A DNA stretch of 64,000 nucleotides from Candidatus Poribacteria bacterium (GTDB taxonomy: Bacteria > Poribacteria > WGA-4E > PCPOR2b), in contig OZ244587.1 in assembly GCA_965218095.1 (NCBI GenBank), positions 160,001-224,000 of the forward strand, in the 5' to 3' direction. Under the pieces are notes generated by a model. That model saw only the letters and a program-made list of their open reading frames with translations, did no database searches and was not told where the DNA came from. This document shows positions 41,043 to 52,673 of the stretch, piece after piece (the stretch's first letter is position 1; every line of letters begins with the position of its first letter). The position numbers were made by a program, and so were the translations under genes.

Positions 41043-41828
41043 ATGCGACGTAACAAGCTACGAGAGTTGTTGAACGCTGGCCAACCGACCATTGGCACCC
41101 ATATCCACACCACTTGGCCCTCCATTGTTGAGGCCCTCGGACATACCGGTATATATGATTACGTTGAGTTTGTGGCAGAGTATGGTCCCTTTGATCTGCA
41201 TGACCTCGACAACCTGTGTCGGGCGGCTGAGTTACACGACATGTCCAGCATGATTAAAGTTGACCAAGAACCCCGGGGCTTCATCGCCCAGCGTGCGATT
41301 GGGTCCGGTTTCCAGAGTGTTTTGTTCGCCGATTCTCGGTCGGTCGAAGATGTGCATGAGTGTGTGCGCATTGTCCGCGCCGATACGCCCGAGGATGGCG
41401 GTACGCATGGTGTTGCGACGCGCCGTTTCACATATATGGGCTACGGTAACGCACCTGACTACGTTCAGGCGCTCAGGGATGTCGTTGTGGTGATTATGAT
41501 TGAGAAGAAGGGGACTGTTGAGCAGTTGGAGGAAGTTCTGTCGGTTGAGGGGGTCGATATGATTCAGTGGGGCCCGGGCGACTATTCGATGAATATCGGC
41601 CGGATCGGTGAAAAGGACTCGCCGGAGATCAAAGCCGCTGAACGCAAAGTGTTTGAAACCGCGCTGAACATGGGCGTACCCCCACGAGCTGAGATTGGTA
41701 GCGTCGATCAGGCGAGATACTACCTCGACATGGGCGTGCGGCATTTCTGCATCGGAACGGATATTTCGATTCTTCACAGTTGGTGGCAGACACATGGCGA
41801 TGCGCTACGGAAGGCAATTGAGGAATAG
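41043..41828 (+). CDS. HpcH/HpaI aldolase family protein
   Basis: YD.VE..AE, MIE, GP.D.S motifs. Confidence 0.85.
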   Translation: MRRNKLRELLNAGQPTIGTHIHTTWPSIVEALGHTGIYDYVEFVAEYGPFDLHDLDNLCRAAELHDMSSMIKVDQEPRGFIAQRAIGSGFQSVLFADSRSVEDVHECVRIVRADTPEDGGTHGVATRRFTYMGYGNAPDYVQALRDVVVVIMIEKKGTVEQLEEVLSVEGVDMIQWGPGDYSMNIGRIGEKDSPEIKAAERKVFETALNMGVPPRAEIGSVDQARYYLDMGVRHFCIGTDISILHSWWQTHGDALRKAIEE

Positions 41829-42027
41829 ATGGGCAGCGACATCTTAGCACGAATTTTTCAGTTAGTAATTGTAGAACGTGCAGTGCTCGTCCGAGAATCG
41901 GACATGGTATACTTCACCCATAAGTGAAAAATCCGTATCTTGCGCACGGTACAAGGTCACCCAGCACTGCCAATGACTTTATCATTCGGAGACAAAGGAG
42001 GCGTGGCTTTTCCGCCACGAAGATTTT

Positions 42028-42615
42028 GTGAAACGCGAGGCTGAAGTTGTCCGCGAAACGCGGGAAACACAGATTCGGCTCAAGCTCAATATTGATGGCG
42101 CTGGGGAATCCAATATCAGCACCGGCGTTGGGTTTCTCGACCACATGCTTGAACTCTTCGTCAAACACGGTTTTTTCGATCTCGACGTGAATGCCACAGG
42201 CGATCTCCATGTCGATGAGCACCACACCGTTGAAGATGTGGGCATCTGTTTAGGAGAGGCCTTCAAAAAGGCACTCGGAGATAAAGTTGGGATGCGCCGC
42301 TTTGGCAATTTTACCGTCCCGATGTATGAAGCCCTTGCACAGGTAAATTTAGATCTCTGCGGCCGTCCGTACTTGCACTATCAGACGCCCCTCACCCATG
42401 GCAAGGTGGGGACATTTGATGTGGAACTTGCTGAGGAGTTTTTTCATGGATTTGTCAACTACAGCGGGATGACACTGCACATTAACGTCCCCTACGGAAC
42501 AAATCACCATCATATCATTGAGGCGATTTTCAAGGCGGTTGCGAAGGCGTTTGATATTGCAACCAGTATCGATGATCGTGTCAGTGGCGTACTTTCAACT
42601 AAGGGAACGCTTTAG
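42028..42615 (+). CDS. hisB: Imidazoleglycerol-phosphate dehydratase
   Basis: [33 protein letters not shown]. Confidence 0.97.
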   Translation: MKREAEVVRETRETQIRLKLNIDGAGESNISTGVGFLDHMLELFVKHGFFDLDVNATGDLHVDEHHTVEDVGICLGEAFKKALGDKVGMRRFGNFTVPMYEALAQVNLDLCGRPYLHYQTPLTHGKVGTFDVELAEEFFHGFVNYSGMTLHINVPYGTNHHHIIEAIFKAVAKAFDIATSIDDRVSGVLSTKGTL

Positions 42616-43606
42616 ATTTCGATACGCTACGCTGCTCAATCCAGGGATTCAGAATCGCTCTGTTTGCGCGGCGTTGAACGCAGGTGATATGCTGCGCCGT
42701 GATTGAATGGAGATAAAGTTATGGCAGATAACGTTCTCGCAGTTATCCTCGGTGGTGGGGCCAGCGCACGACTCTTCCCTCTTACCAGAGATTGAGCAAA
42801 ACCAAGCGTGCCAATCGCCGGTAAATTCCGTTTGGTTAATGTCCCAATCAGCAACTGCCTTCATTCAGGCGTAGAACGGATCTATGTCCTCACTCAGTTC
42901 AATTCGGTGTCCTTGAATCGCTACATCGCTCAGGCATACCGCTTCGATTCGTATCGGAGTGGTTTCGTGCAGATTTTAGCCGCCCAGCAAACACTTGATG
43001 GTGGTGATTGGTATCAAGGCACAGCAGATGCCATTCGACGCAACGAATCGTACATCATCAGCCCGACATTTCCGGATGAGCACATTCTGATTCTCGCCGG
43101 TGATCACCTCTACCGCATGGACTATCGAAAGATGCTGGAAGTTCACGTCAACTCGCAGGCGGATATTATGATCTCTGTCATTCCGGTTCACCAAGACGTC
43201 GTGAGTGGGCTTGGGTTTTACAGGTTGATGGGGAGGGACGAATTATCGATTTTGGGCAGGACATCATCCCTAAGAGTATTCACACAAAACGGGTGTTTGC
43301 TTACTTCTTTGATGGTTACTAGGAGGATATTGGGACGATCAAGGCTTTTTACCATGCCAACCTGGGGCTCACCGATCTCTTCCCCAAATTTAACTTCTAT
43401 GATGAACACGCCCCTATCTATACGCGCCGTCACCACCTCCCGAGCACCAAAGTCAACGACAGTCGTATTAGCTCTTCAATCCTCTCGGAAGGCTCGATTA
43501 TTGACGAGTCCGAAATCGACAGATCCATCATCGGCATTCGGAGCATCATCTCCGGTAACTCTCGAATCTACCAGTCGATTCTGATGAGAGTAGACTATTA
43601 GAGTTA

Positions 43607-44544
43607 ACCCAAGTTGCGGACTATTCATCGAATATGTGAGTGAACTCAGAGTTGATTGATATTGCTGGCCAGTACAAACAACACCACTTTCAATTCAAAT
43701 CCTTGTGGCGTGACGGCATGGATACAACGCGGGAGCAATCTCTCAATTAAACTCCCACCCGTCTCAACAGACTTACGATAGTAAGTAGCCAGATAGGTCT
43801 CCCATGGCGGATATGCTCGCTTTGAATTCTTCTTGCGTATCGGCTTCAACTCCACTTCGACCGCTGCAACAATATCTTCTATTTCATAGTTATTGTACGC
43901 TTTGTCTCAGTAGACCCGGCTACCCGGTGGCAAGTCGAAGTCAAAACAGTGTAACCCTTCGACGTCGCCGATGCGCGCTGGAGTCACAAAGAATTCAATG
44001 GGCTGTTGGGCAGCGGTAACTAGCAGATGAACCTTCAAGATATCGGCGTTTAGCTGCTTGATAGCCTCGAAATGCCTCATCTGTGTAGATTTTCGACCAA
44101 CGAATGCGAATATTGTCACAGACAACAATTGGCACCGTATCCATCACATAAAGTTTCTGTTGATTGAGTTGCAAAAGCTTTCAGCCAAGATTTTGAACCA
44201 TGTGATGAACATCGGTTTAATTCGGTGAAGTTGTCGATTGAACCGATTCTTTGACAGCATCTTTGGGATATATCGATGAGTCTGGAGAAAGTCACGAACC
44301 GTTTGGAAGTTGGTGCCGAAAAAGAGTGCAGCGACGATGGCGGTGGTCATGCCTTCGGCGTCAGACATCTGAGTTTGTGGATTGGGTTGATGGTCGAATG
44401 CTTCTAAGAGCTTGTCACACAGATAGAAAACGGTTGCCATCTGGATATCCATGGGTTTCTCCTTTGAGGTTATGGTTGAACACCTCAACTTTAACGGAAA
44501 ACCCATGGATTTGCAATAGGTTTAGGTTAGATAGCAACTTAGGT
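43607..44544 (-). mobile_element. IS982-family element with fragmented transposase
   Basis: MSDAE.MTTAIVAALFF..N, MLSK.RFNR.LHRI, IHAVT.QGFELKV.LF in three broken ORFs; inner end GCAACTTAGGT at 44534-44544. Confidence 0.85.
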
Positions 44545-44568
44545 TATCCATATCATTAAAAAAAACAG

Positions 44569-45888
44569 ATGCCTACAAAATCGAAATCAGGTCAGTGGAA
44601 ACAGTATCGCCCCGCCAAGAAGGTCGGCAAATTATGTTATCACAATTGTACAATGGACTCCGAGTTTCCATTGCGTAATGTTCTAGGCAAATCCACAGAA
44701 CCCAACTATGAAATGGCGACCTACAATTGGTGCGCCTGCTGTAACCAACCAGCCGTTCGCACTGCTGTCCAATGTGGTCTATCACACCTCCTGTTTATTA
44801 CGAAGTATAAGGGCAGGAATGAATGCTACAGGGATCGCTATTTTATCGTCGGCTACTACGAACTGGGGTGGACAGCAGAGATCAACGGGTGCACTGCCAT
44901 TCGAGCGAAAAACCTCTGTTTTGTACCGGTTGAGCACGCCTACGAAATTACAGATGGGCGGTGGCAATGTATCAATCCTCACGGCGAGACGACACGCTTG
45001 ACGAATTTGCGGTGGGCGACGCAACGTATCAGTGAAATCTGCCTCGACAAAATTGTGCAACATCTTGATAAACACAACCGGGTGGCTGATTATCTGTTAG
45101 AGGTTGCCCGACTGAAAGCAAAATACAATCCATTTCAGGATGTTCCCAAAGGGCGCATTTTCATCATAAACGTTGGGGCGAATACCAGCCATCGGCAACA
45201 AAGCCCACTGTTTAATGACAGAACGTTTGAGTTTATACCCATTCCCGGAGGGCACGATGAGGGGTTGACCTACGCCGATCTCCGTCAATTCAACGATCCC
45301 GATATGCCGTTGTTCGATCGATTTGCTGACTCTGCCATCTCACCATCGAAGAAGGTTCACAACGATCCCGAATTTGCCACCTTTACCTACGGCGACAATC
45401 TTCGCAAAAAGGGCGGGTTGCGTCAGTTGCAAGCGGGTGATTTCCTCTTCTTTTTGGCGCGTTTGGTGCCGTATGCGGCGCGGCAATTTGATGAAAAAAA
45501 TGCCAGATTTGCGTTGATCGGCTACCTCGAGATTGAGGAGCGTTTCGATAACCCCGATGATCTAATGTTCACTAGTCCGGCGCTCAATAAGAATGCACAC
45601 GTCATGCGATGGGTGAACAACCCGGCAAGCTTTACCAACTATGCCGTTTTCAAAGGGTCGATCAACTCCCGACGCTTCCACACCGCTGTACCTTTTGACC
45701 GCAAATTTGTCGAACATATCCCTATCCTAAAAAAGAATCGAACAGCTTGGAAGTGGGGGAAACAGACTGACCTCGGCGTTATCGGCTCAAATACTAGAGC
45801 AGTACGCATGCACATCGATCCGAAAAAAGATAAAAAACGTGCGAAACGATTTTGGAAACGTATTTGGAAATTGCAAAGTTGGTCTTGA
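44569..45888 (+). CDS. Two-domain protein: uncharacterised N-terminal domain plus Nmad3-like (nucleotide-modification-associated) domain
   Basis: C-terminal half: INVGAN..SPLF.D.TFEFIPIP, Y.DL, VH.DPEF.TFTYGD, L..GD.LFF...L, IGY..I, NAH; intact 439-aa ORF. Confidence 0.7.
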   Translation: MPTKSKSGQWKQYRPAKKVGKLCYHNCTMDSEFPLRNVLGKSTEPNYEMATYNWCACCNQPAVRTAVQCGLSHLLFITKYKGRNECYRDRYFIVGYYELGWTAEINGCTAIRAKNLCFVPVEHAYEITDGRWQCINPHGETTRLTNLRWATQRISEICLDKIVQHLDKHNRVADYLLEVARLKAKYNPFQDVPKGRIFIINVGANTSHRQQSPLFNDRTFEFIPIPGGHDEGLTYADLRQFNDPDMPLFDRFADSAISPSKKVHNDPEFATFTYGDNLRKKGGLRQLQAGDFLFFLARLVPYAARQFDEKNARFALIGYLEIEERFDNPDDLMFTSPALNKNAHVMRWVNNPASFTNYAVFKGSINSRRFHTAVPFDRKFVEHIPILKKNRTAWKWGKQTDLGVIGSNTRAVRMHIDPKKDKKRAKRFWKRIWKLQSWS

Positions 45889-46042
45889 CGTAAGTCATCC
45901 TGAATTTTTTTTCAATCCCAGTGCCTCTGCGAATCTCCTAAGCTTTGGAAATGAGGAATGGAATGTAAAACGTAGTTACTTGAGGATAACCATTTTTCGC
46001 AACGACGAAACACCGTCCCCATGTAGCTGGTAGAAATAGATA

Positions 46043-46194
46043 ACCCGAGTTGCCACCTTGATAAGAAAAGGGGCAGAAACCGAGTTTTTTACGATGAATC
46101 AATACGAGTTGTGCGAAAACGGGCCCAATTTGCTCAGCATGTGGGAAACGGCCGCCAAAAACTCGGTTTCTCTGGAATAGGTCGCAACTTGGGT
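46043..46194. mobile_element. IS982-derived MITE
   Basis: Ends ACCCGAGTTGCC / CGCAACTTGGGT; internal inverted AGAAACCGAGTTTTT / AAAAACTCGGTTTCT. Confidence 0.75.
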
Positions 46195-46748
46195 TAGAGT
46201 TAATTGGAAATAAGCCGATTCTACAATATGTTGGGTAATAAACGACAATTTACTGCTAAATATTGTGGCTTGTCGTTATTTCCAAATATGTCTATTATGA
46301 AACAGAGAAACAGAAGAGGCAGAATCAGGAAAATGGCATTCTAGCTGTTGGCGTTGGAAGAAACTACCTGATTCAAGGTGCCATTGTTGACAAAAACGCC
46401 AGAATTGGAGAAAACTCAACGATTGCCAACACCGAGAATAAGGAACACTTTGACGGTGATAATTACTATATTCACGACGGTATTGTGATTATCCTTGACG
46501 ATGCGGTGATCATGCCAGGAACGGTAATCTGAGACATGAAACGTGATGCGTAAAACGTAAAGCGTAATATACCACGATAGGTCGTGCGCCTTACATCTTG
46601 AATCCCCGATGGATCGGGATAAACTGCGCGGAGATTCAGGCGACGAAAGCGTCATTTGTGACTGTCCGCAGTATAATTCATTGCCTTATCCATTTCATTC
46701 CCACCCTTCCATTCTTCCTTTCCTTCCAGCCTTCCTCATTCCTTCTTC

Positions 46749-48113
46749 TTATTTCTTCATTGACCCGTTTACCAATTCCCGAATCGCCTCCTTGACCGCT
46801 TCCTCAACTGCTGGCGCAAATGGGGCGCTCTGTCGCCATCGCTTGTAGGCGTTCGGCTCGTAGCCGCCCTCGGAGAGGGCTCGGGCAGTTGGCACATAAG
46901 TTTGACAGCCCTGCGTGTAGCCGAGCGTGAACGTCCGCTTTCCCCTCAACAATTCCCGTGCATACAATCCGTATTCTAGGAAAAACTCACCCGAAAACGC
47001 CATCCAGTGAACATCACCAATGTCCCACCGCGAGAAGGTGTAGTCCACCGTTGTTGGCGCGCGATTCTCCGCTAGTTCAAGCCGAACCTGCTACACCCAT
47101 TGTCGCATCGCAAGTTGGTAACCGGTATTCCACGATGAACCTCTCGCCTTTTCTGCTTCGCTCGCCTGTGCGGATCTGACCGCCTGGGCAACGACCTCAT
47201 CGAGCTCGCAACGCAATGGGGGATCGGTGAGCGGTAGCGCTCGCCGGATGCGCCAAGTACGAATGGAGTTCGGAGGAACTGGTTCACGAACCTTTAAGGC
47301 TTCATCTACGGCATCGGCAAGCTCACTCCCACAACGCATCGCATCGCTTGATGTCCCTCCCCGGAATCTGCCATTTTCATCTACGAGATTTGGACGTACA
47401 TTTCCGAATATACCCGGTAGGTAAAGCGCAACGACTTCACGATGCCGGGCTTCCAACGCCAACTGAGCTTGACCCGGATAATCCCCCGAGACTTTCGGCC
47501 CGAGTAGAATCGTTGGGTGACAACAGTAGCTGAAAAATACCCCAGCCAGCGATCCATCTTCTCGATGACATGCAAGGATGGGCACGCTTTTATCGACCAC
47601 TCCATCGGGGTTTGGCTGCATGATGCATGTTCCCGCCGCGGTAATCCGCCGTCGATTCACATTAAAATCACAAATCGACTTCCCAAACGAGAGTGTGACA
47701 GGCTCCATGCAGAATAGCAAATCTTTTGCCAATTGGGTCACATGATCACGTACGCCGTCAAAATAAGGGCTAAAGCCACCGCGGAGGTCAATAGGACACA
47801 AGATCGGCGCCGAGTGGCTGTGGCTGCTGGTTATCAGGATACGATCGGACGGAATGCTTGTTGTGTCAGTGATTGCGTTCTCAAGCTCCGCAATTTCAGC
47901 GACGCCCAGTCCCAGCGTGTCGGTGGCGAGGACGAGTACGGGGAGCCCGGCAGCTTGGATCACCGCGATACGCGCATAGATGTCGTCCAAAACGCCTGTC
48001 GGTATGCCAAAGAAGAAATCTGGATAAACGTCATTGATTGGCGGCGTTATTGAAACCTTCCCAAAAGCAGCCCCGATTTTATCGGGATGTTCCACTTTCA
48101 TCTGACCTCCCAT
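46749..48113 (-). pseudogene. Neutral/alkaline ceramidase-like protein, in-frame TAG at 47091-47093
   Basis: D.IYAR, SHSHSAP, NRR, G.VD, Y.CHPT, SGDYPG, GE.F, YVPT...EGGYE; both halves in the same frame. Confidence 0.8.
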
Positions 48114-48286
48114 CGTTTTTGGATTCTATTTGTTCTTGCGAAGATTTATCGATTCAGTTGCGTATGCACGCGAATTTTACGATGTGTGAATTGTCAAAAT
48201 TCCCTGTCAGTTTATCAAAAACTGTTTCTGAGATCAACGCAAAACTTACTCTCGAAACCTGATTAGATCGCCACTTCCATGAAGAC

Positions 48287-49547
48287 TATAATGGATCCCG
48301 AAATCTGTACCACCAATTAAGTCAGAAATTCGTCGAATGAATACTCATTCAAAATGGAGGGTCCAATATGTCTACGAAAAGAATTCGGCACACCGCCAAG
48401 TTCAAGTTTACTATTGCTATTGAGGCGATAAGGGCAGACAAAAGTATCAATCAACTGGCAAGTGAACACCAACTGCACCCCAGCCAAATCAGTCAGTGGA
48501 AAAAACAACTCCTTGACCAAGGGAGCCAAATTTTATCTAACATCGCTGCCAAACATCAACTCAAGCAGCACCAAAGGGAGTCAGACCTATATGAACAAAT
48601 CGGTCGGCTGAATATGGAACTCGACTGGTTGAAAAAAAAGCGACCCCATCGAGTTGAACAAAAACGCGCATGGATTGAAGCGAACCATCCTAAGCTGAGT
48701 ATTCGTCGCCAGTGTGAGTTGCTTGGTTTTTCCCGCTCAACGCTCTACTACCAACCCGCACAAGAATCGGAGGAAAATCTCAGGTTGATGTAGCTGATTG
48801 ATGAGCAGTATATGAAGACACCCTTTTACGGTAGCCGCCGAATGACCCAATATCTCAAACGCCTTGGCATAGATGTCAATCGCAAGCAGGTTCAGCGACT
48901 GATGAAGATACTGGGCATAGAAGCGATTTATCCCAAACTCAAGTCCTCAGCCATCAACAGCAAGCATCGGATTTACCCATACCTGTTGCGTGATTATGTG
49001 GTTGAAACTCCCAATGAGGTCTGGTTAGCAGACATCACATATCTACCGATGAATAAAGGGTTTATGTATCTGGTTGCGATACTCGACTGGTATAGTCGTT
49101 ACGTCATTACTTGGGAGCTATCCAATCGTCTAGAAGGTCAGTTCTGCCTCGACGCCTTGCATCGCGTATTAGCTTGGGCAACCCCTACCATCTTCAATAC
49201 CGACCAAGGCGTCCAGTTTACCGCCAATGCTTTCACCAATACTATTGAAACTGCTGGTATTGCTATGAGTATGGATGGCGTGGGTCGAGCCATTGACAAC
49301 ATTTACATCGAGCGGTTTTCGTGCTCCGTCAAGTACGAAGATGTTTACCAGAAACTCTACCAGACGGGACAAGCCCTTTTTGATGGATTAGCTAACTATA
49401 TCCGTTTCTATAATGAGCAACGACCGCACCAGAGTCTTGATTATGCAACGCCGGCTGAGGTGTATCTCGGCTAAAACAGCGTCGGTATATCTCAAACATC
49501 TTACTTATTTTTCCATTACTTTGGCCTTGAGCATGGGGTCCACTTTA
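48287..49547 (+). mobile_element. IS3-family insertion sequence; transposase has in-frame TAG at 48791-48793
   Basis: Imperfect IRs TATAATGGATCCC / GGGGTCCACTTTA with GAC TSD; OrfA HTH, W.ADITY, NTDQG.QF, DN..IERF. Confidence 0.88.
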
Positions 49548-49736
49548 GACTCAAGGAGAGGAAAAGGAATATCGGCTCACTTGAACAAATCAGGAGTGAA
49601 GGATAATTTGGAGCTTTCAATTAATCGATAGATGTGCTAAAATATATTTGAATCTTTCAGAGCCTTAAACCTTTGAAAGGTTGTTCGTTTCTGTTTTCAT
49701 ATCTACTCCGAACCAAATCTGTAGAGAGGTACACAA

Positions 49737-50606
49737 ATGGCGAGAGTCAACCGAGCAATCGAACTGCTCGAACAAGGACAGCCGATTTATTATAGTGGGG
49801 CTAACGAGATCAGTTACGAAGGGGGCATCAAAGCCGCCCAAACGTGGGCTGATTATCTTATCGTTGAGATGGAACATGGACTTTTTAACCTTCCCGCGCT
49901 GGATCAGTTTATGCAGGGGTTGGTTGCAGGTGGTCCCACAAAAAGTGGCCATCGCACACCGGCAATAATTACCACCCTGCCAACAGATGGAACCGATGAA
50001 CATGTGATGCGTGCAAATGCCTGGATGATCAAACAGATACTTGCGAGAGGCGTTCACGGCATCCTGCTATGCCACGCCGAAACGCCTGGTGCAGTGAAGG
50101 CATTTGTCGAATCTGCACGCTATCCATTCCAGACAATCGGTGTTGGAGAAGGACTGGATGTGGGGCGTCGGGGCTCTGGTGGACAAGGCTGTGGGGTATC
50201 GATTTGGGGTATATCGACTTTGGAATACCTGAAGACAGCCGATGTTTGGCCCCTCAACCCCAAAGGTGAAATTATGCTCGGCTTGAAGATCGAAAACAAG
50301 CGGGCGCTTAGCAATGTTGAGGCAACCGTACGTATCCCCGGCATTGCCTTCGCCGAGTGGGGGCCGGGGGACATGGGGATGTCACACGGTTATGCTGATG
50401 CGCACGATCCGCCTTATGCAGAGGAAATGGCAAAAGCACGAGCGCGGGTAAAAGCTGCCTGCGAAGCCGAAAATATTGCGTTTCTTGATGGCGTCAACCC
50501 AGACAGTGTGATCGAGAAGATCGCAGAAGGCGTTAGGATTGGTTCAGGAGGCGAGGAAGCCGCGGATATTGGCCGAAGACATACCAATCGTACCATGCCG
50601 TGGTAA
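49737..50606 (+). CDS. HpcH/HpaI-like aldolase/citrate lyase family protein
   Basis: EMEHG, LKIEN, EWGPGD motifs. Confidence 0.8.
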   Translation: MARVNRAIELLEQGQPIYYSGANEISYEGGIKAAQTWADYLIVEMEHGLFNLPALDQFMQGLVAGGPTKSGHRTPAIITTLPTDGTDEHVMRANAWMIKQILARGVHGILLCHAETPGAVKAFVESARYPFQTIGVGEGLDVGRRGSGGQGCGVSIWGISTLEYLKTADVWPLNPKGEIMLGLKIENKRALSNVEATVRIPGIAFAEWGPGDMGMSHGYADAHDPPYAEEMAKARARVKAACEAENIAFLDGVNPDSVIEKIAEGVRIGSGGEEAADIGRRHTNRTMPW

Positions 50607-50999
50607 AAGTGAAACGTGGTGCGTATTGCGTAAAAAACTGTATTAGTCAATGATATGTCGCAGCTATAGGTTGGGGGCCCCGTTGCGCGGGATCTTGCTG
50701 TGCTAGAGACTTACCCCAACTCATTCGCCGCTGCCTTGGTGGGGCAAGCCCCACACTACAAATCCGTATCTGTGTTTCCGACTTTTCATCACTGCGCAAG
50801 ACACCGTTGACCAATGAGGAGGATAAGCAGGCAATAGAGAAAGTGAAACGCAAGCGGGCCGTCAGAGAGGTGATGCAAAATGCCAAAAAAAAATGGTTCT
50901 CGAAGGTAGATGCGGAACGTCGGGAACAGATAGGAATGCACACCGTAAGCGCAAGCGTGCCGCACAGTTCAGTTACCTACCACTAGGCTTCAATTTTCG

Positions 51000-51210
51000 C
51001 TTTCCGCTTAAAAAACCTAACGGCAGATCAACAGCAAAAAATAGAACTCATCCATCTCAAGTCGGAGCAGGAGCGGATTCGGAAGGAAGCCGAGATTCGC
51101 GTGAAAGAGATTGATTTACACATTGAAATGCAGAAGCTAGTCGCCGATCGGCAGACTATCAAAGCGATTGTCAAGGAAATTGCCGATCTGCAAACTGATT
51201 CGACTCGCAG
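51000..51210 (+). pseudogene. Spy/CpxP-like periplasmic protein remnant
   Basis: L(T)ADQQQKI..I......IR.EAEIRVKEIDL..EM....DR..I.A.VKEIA.LQ in broken frames. Confidence 0.45.
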
Positions 51211-51330
51211 AGGTTGGTGCGATGTTCGATGTCTTTGGAGTTCTCACCCTCGATTAACTCAAGAAGGCCCGCAAGATGATGAGGAAATGGAAGGAAGGGA
51301 AGGAAGGGAAGGAAGAATTCGTTGCACCCA

Positions 51331-52446
51331 TCACGTATCATGCTTCCCTGTATCCTTGTATCTCTGAGTTTTGAAGAGTTGCTTCACTGCTGATGCAGCA
51401 ATCTGCGTATCCTGTAACGGCTCAATGGGTGTTTCATCCGTCAATGCCCGTTGAAGGTTTATTTCCAGATCGCCGATGTCAGACCATGTGACTGAGGAAC
51501 GACGCATAATTTCTGGATAAACTCGGCATCGCCTGGGGCGATGGCGGGTCTTGTGATCAACCTCCAGAATAATCACCCGTTTACCGCTACTTGCGGCTTC
51601 GCAGACCATCGAAAAGCTATCTTCAGTGACGATAATCACATCCGACAGTGCGAAGATTGTCCCGACTGGATCAGCAAGTGGAACCTCCCGATCTGATCGA
51701 GGCGAATTTTCTCGGTGAGCTAAAACAAGGATTGGACACAGTTGGGGGACTGAAAGGCTTTCACCAATTAGATTTTCGACAGCAAGTGGGGTTCGGCGGG
51801 AGGTCGTCAACAAGATCTGGCTGTCGCACTTCGCAGCGAACCGCTGCAAGGTTTCGATGAGGGAAGCGGTTGTTCCCTCGGTAAGCGTGTCGTAACGGTC
51901 TTCACCTCCAATGAGAACACCGATTCGCCCCTGATCTGAAAGCCCCAGATCTGCCCGGAGTTGTTTACGCTGTGCGTCTAATTTTGCTGGACAGATCCGA
52001 TTGGGAACGCCGATCGTTTTACAGACGTTACTTTTGTTACGGCGGGGCCAATACATCCTGGGAAGAATAGCGAGGTCAAAGAAGGTGATGCCCACCGGCG
52101 AAGGACGACGGCAAGTGACTGTCTTTGCGTTGAAAAGTTGTCCGATAAGCAGGTTGGGAGCGGCAACAGATGAACTAGTTGATAGAATGAGGTCGGCGCT
52201 ATCAATGGCGAAAATCTCATCAAGCGTTCGTTGCTCGATTGCCATACGCAGGCAAGCCTTGATGAGCCAGCGCGGCAGTCTGAACCCACCGAATAGGCGC
52301 ATAAACACACGCAAGAGATTATCCCTTTGCTTACTGCGAAAACTGACGTCGATCCAGTGATGGTTGCACTCAGGAATCCGTTGAATCACGCCTAAAGACT
52401 GATTGTAATGACCGGGTTTGCCGTCACTCAAAACGATGGCTTGCAT
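51331..52446 (-). CDS. ELM1/DUF1022 family (mitochondrial fission ELM1-like) protein
   Basis: SDGKPGH.NQS.G, FD.AI.P, TTSRRTP, VTEDS.SM..EA.SSGK. Confidence 0.88.
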   Translation of the reverse strand: MQAIVLSDGKPGHYNQSLGVIQRIPECNHHWIDVSFRSKQRDNLLRVFMRLFGGFRLPRWLIKACLRMAIEQRTLDEIFAIDSADLILSTSSSVAAPNLLIGQLFNAKTVTCRRPSPVGITFFDLAILPRMYWPRRNKSNVCKTIGVPNRICPAKLDAQRKQLRADLGLSDQGRIGVLIGGEDRYDTLTEGTTASLIETLQRFAAKCDSQILLTTSRRTPLAVENLIGESLSVPQLCPILVLAHRENSPRSDREVPLADPVGTIFALSDVIIVTEDSFSMVCEAASSGKRVIILEVDHKTRHRPRRCRVYPEIMRRSSVTWSDIGDLEINLQRALTDETPIEPLQDTQIAASAVKQLFKTQRYKDTGKHDT

Positions 52447-52673
52447 GAGCGTAATACGTGATGCGTAAGGAGTGTCAAGTCAGAAAAGTGTGCTTCTGCA
52501 CATGCTTGCGAGGACCTGAGACCCATAGGCCCATAGATCTGAACTTATAGCGAGTAAAACGCGCGCTTCTCCCGTCATCTTCAACAAAGGGAAGCATCTC
52601 TTGCACCTTAACGAGGAGATTCTTCGCTGCGCTTTATTAGACTTCCAAGAAACTACCCGCAATGAGTTCCCTA

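Larger units (their letters stand above)
43607..46194. mobile_element. IS982-end-bounded composite transposon carrying an Nmad3-like gene
   Basis: Outer IRs ACCCAAGTTGCGGACTATTC / GAATAGGTCGCAACTTGGGT; 8-bp TSD TAGAGTTA at 43599-43606 and 46195-46202. Confidence 0.85.
43601..46292. mobile_element. Outer ~96-bp MITE (43601-43606 plus 46203-46292) inserted in glgC
   Basis: Rejoined ends GAGTTAATTGGAAATAA / TTATTTCCAAATATGTC are imperfect IRs; TATTA duplicated at 43596-43600 and 46293-46297. Confidence 0.7.
42721..46532 (+). pseudogene. glgC: Glucose-1-phosphate adenylyltransferase, multiply disrupted and interrupted by nested insertions
   Basis: ILGGG...LFPLTRD*AKP.VP, WYQGTADA, LAGDHLYRMDY, DGY*EDIGT; resumes YETE..AIVDKNARIG..DGIV at ~46295. 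Confidence 0.92.

Noticed and set aside
52480-52670. Anti-sigma factor partner downstream of the STAS gene
   Set aside because: No HATPase motifs found in the frames read
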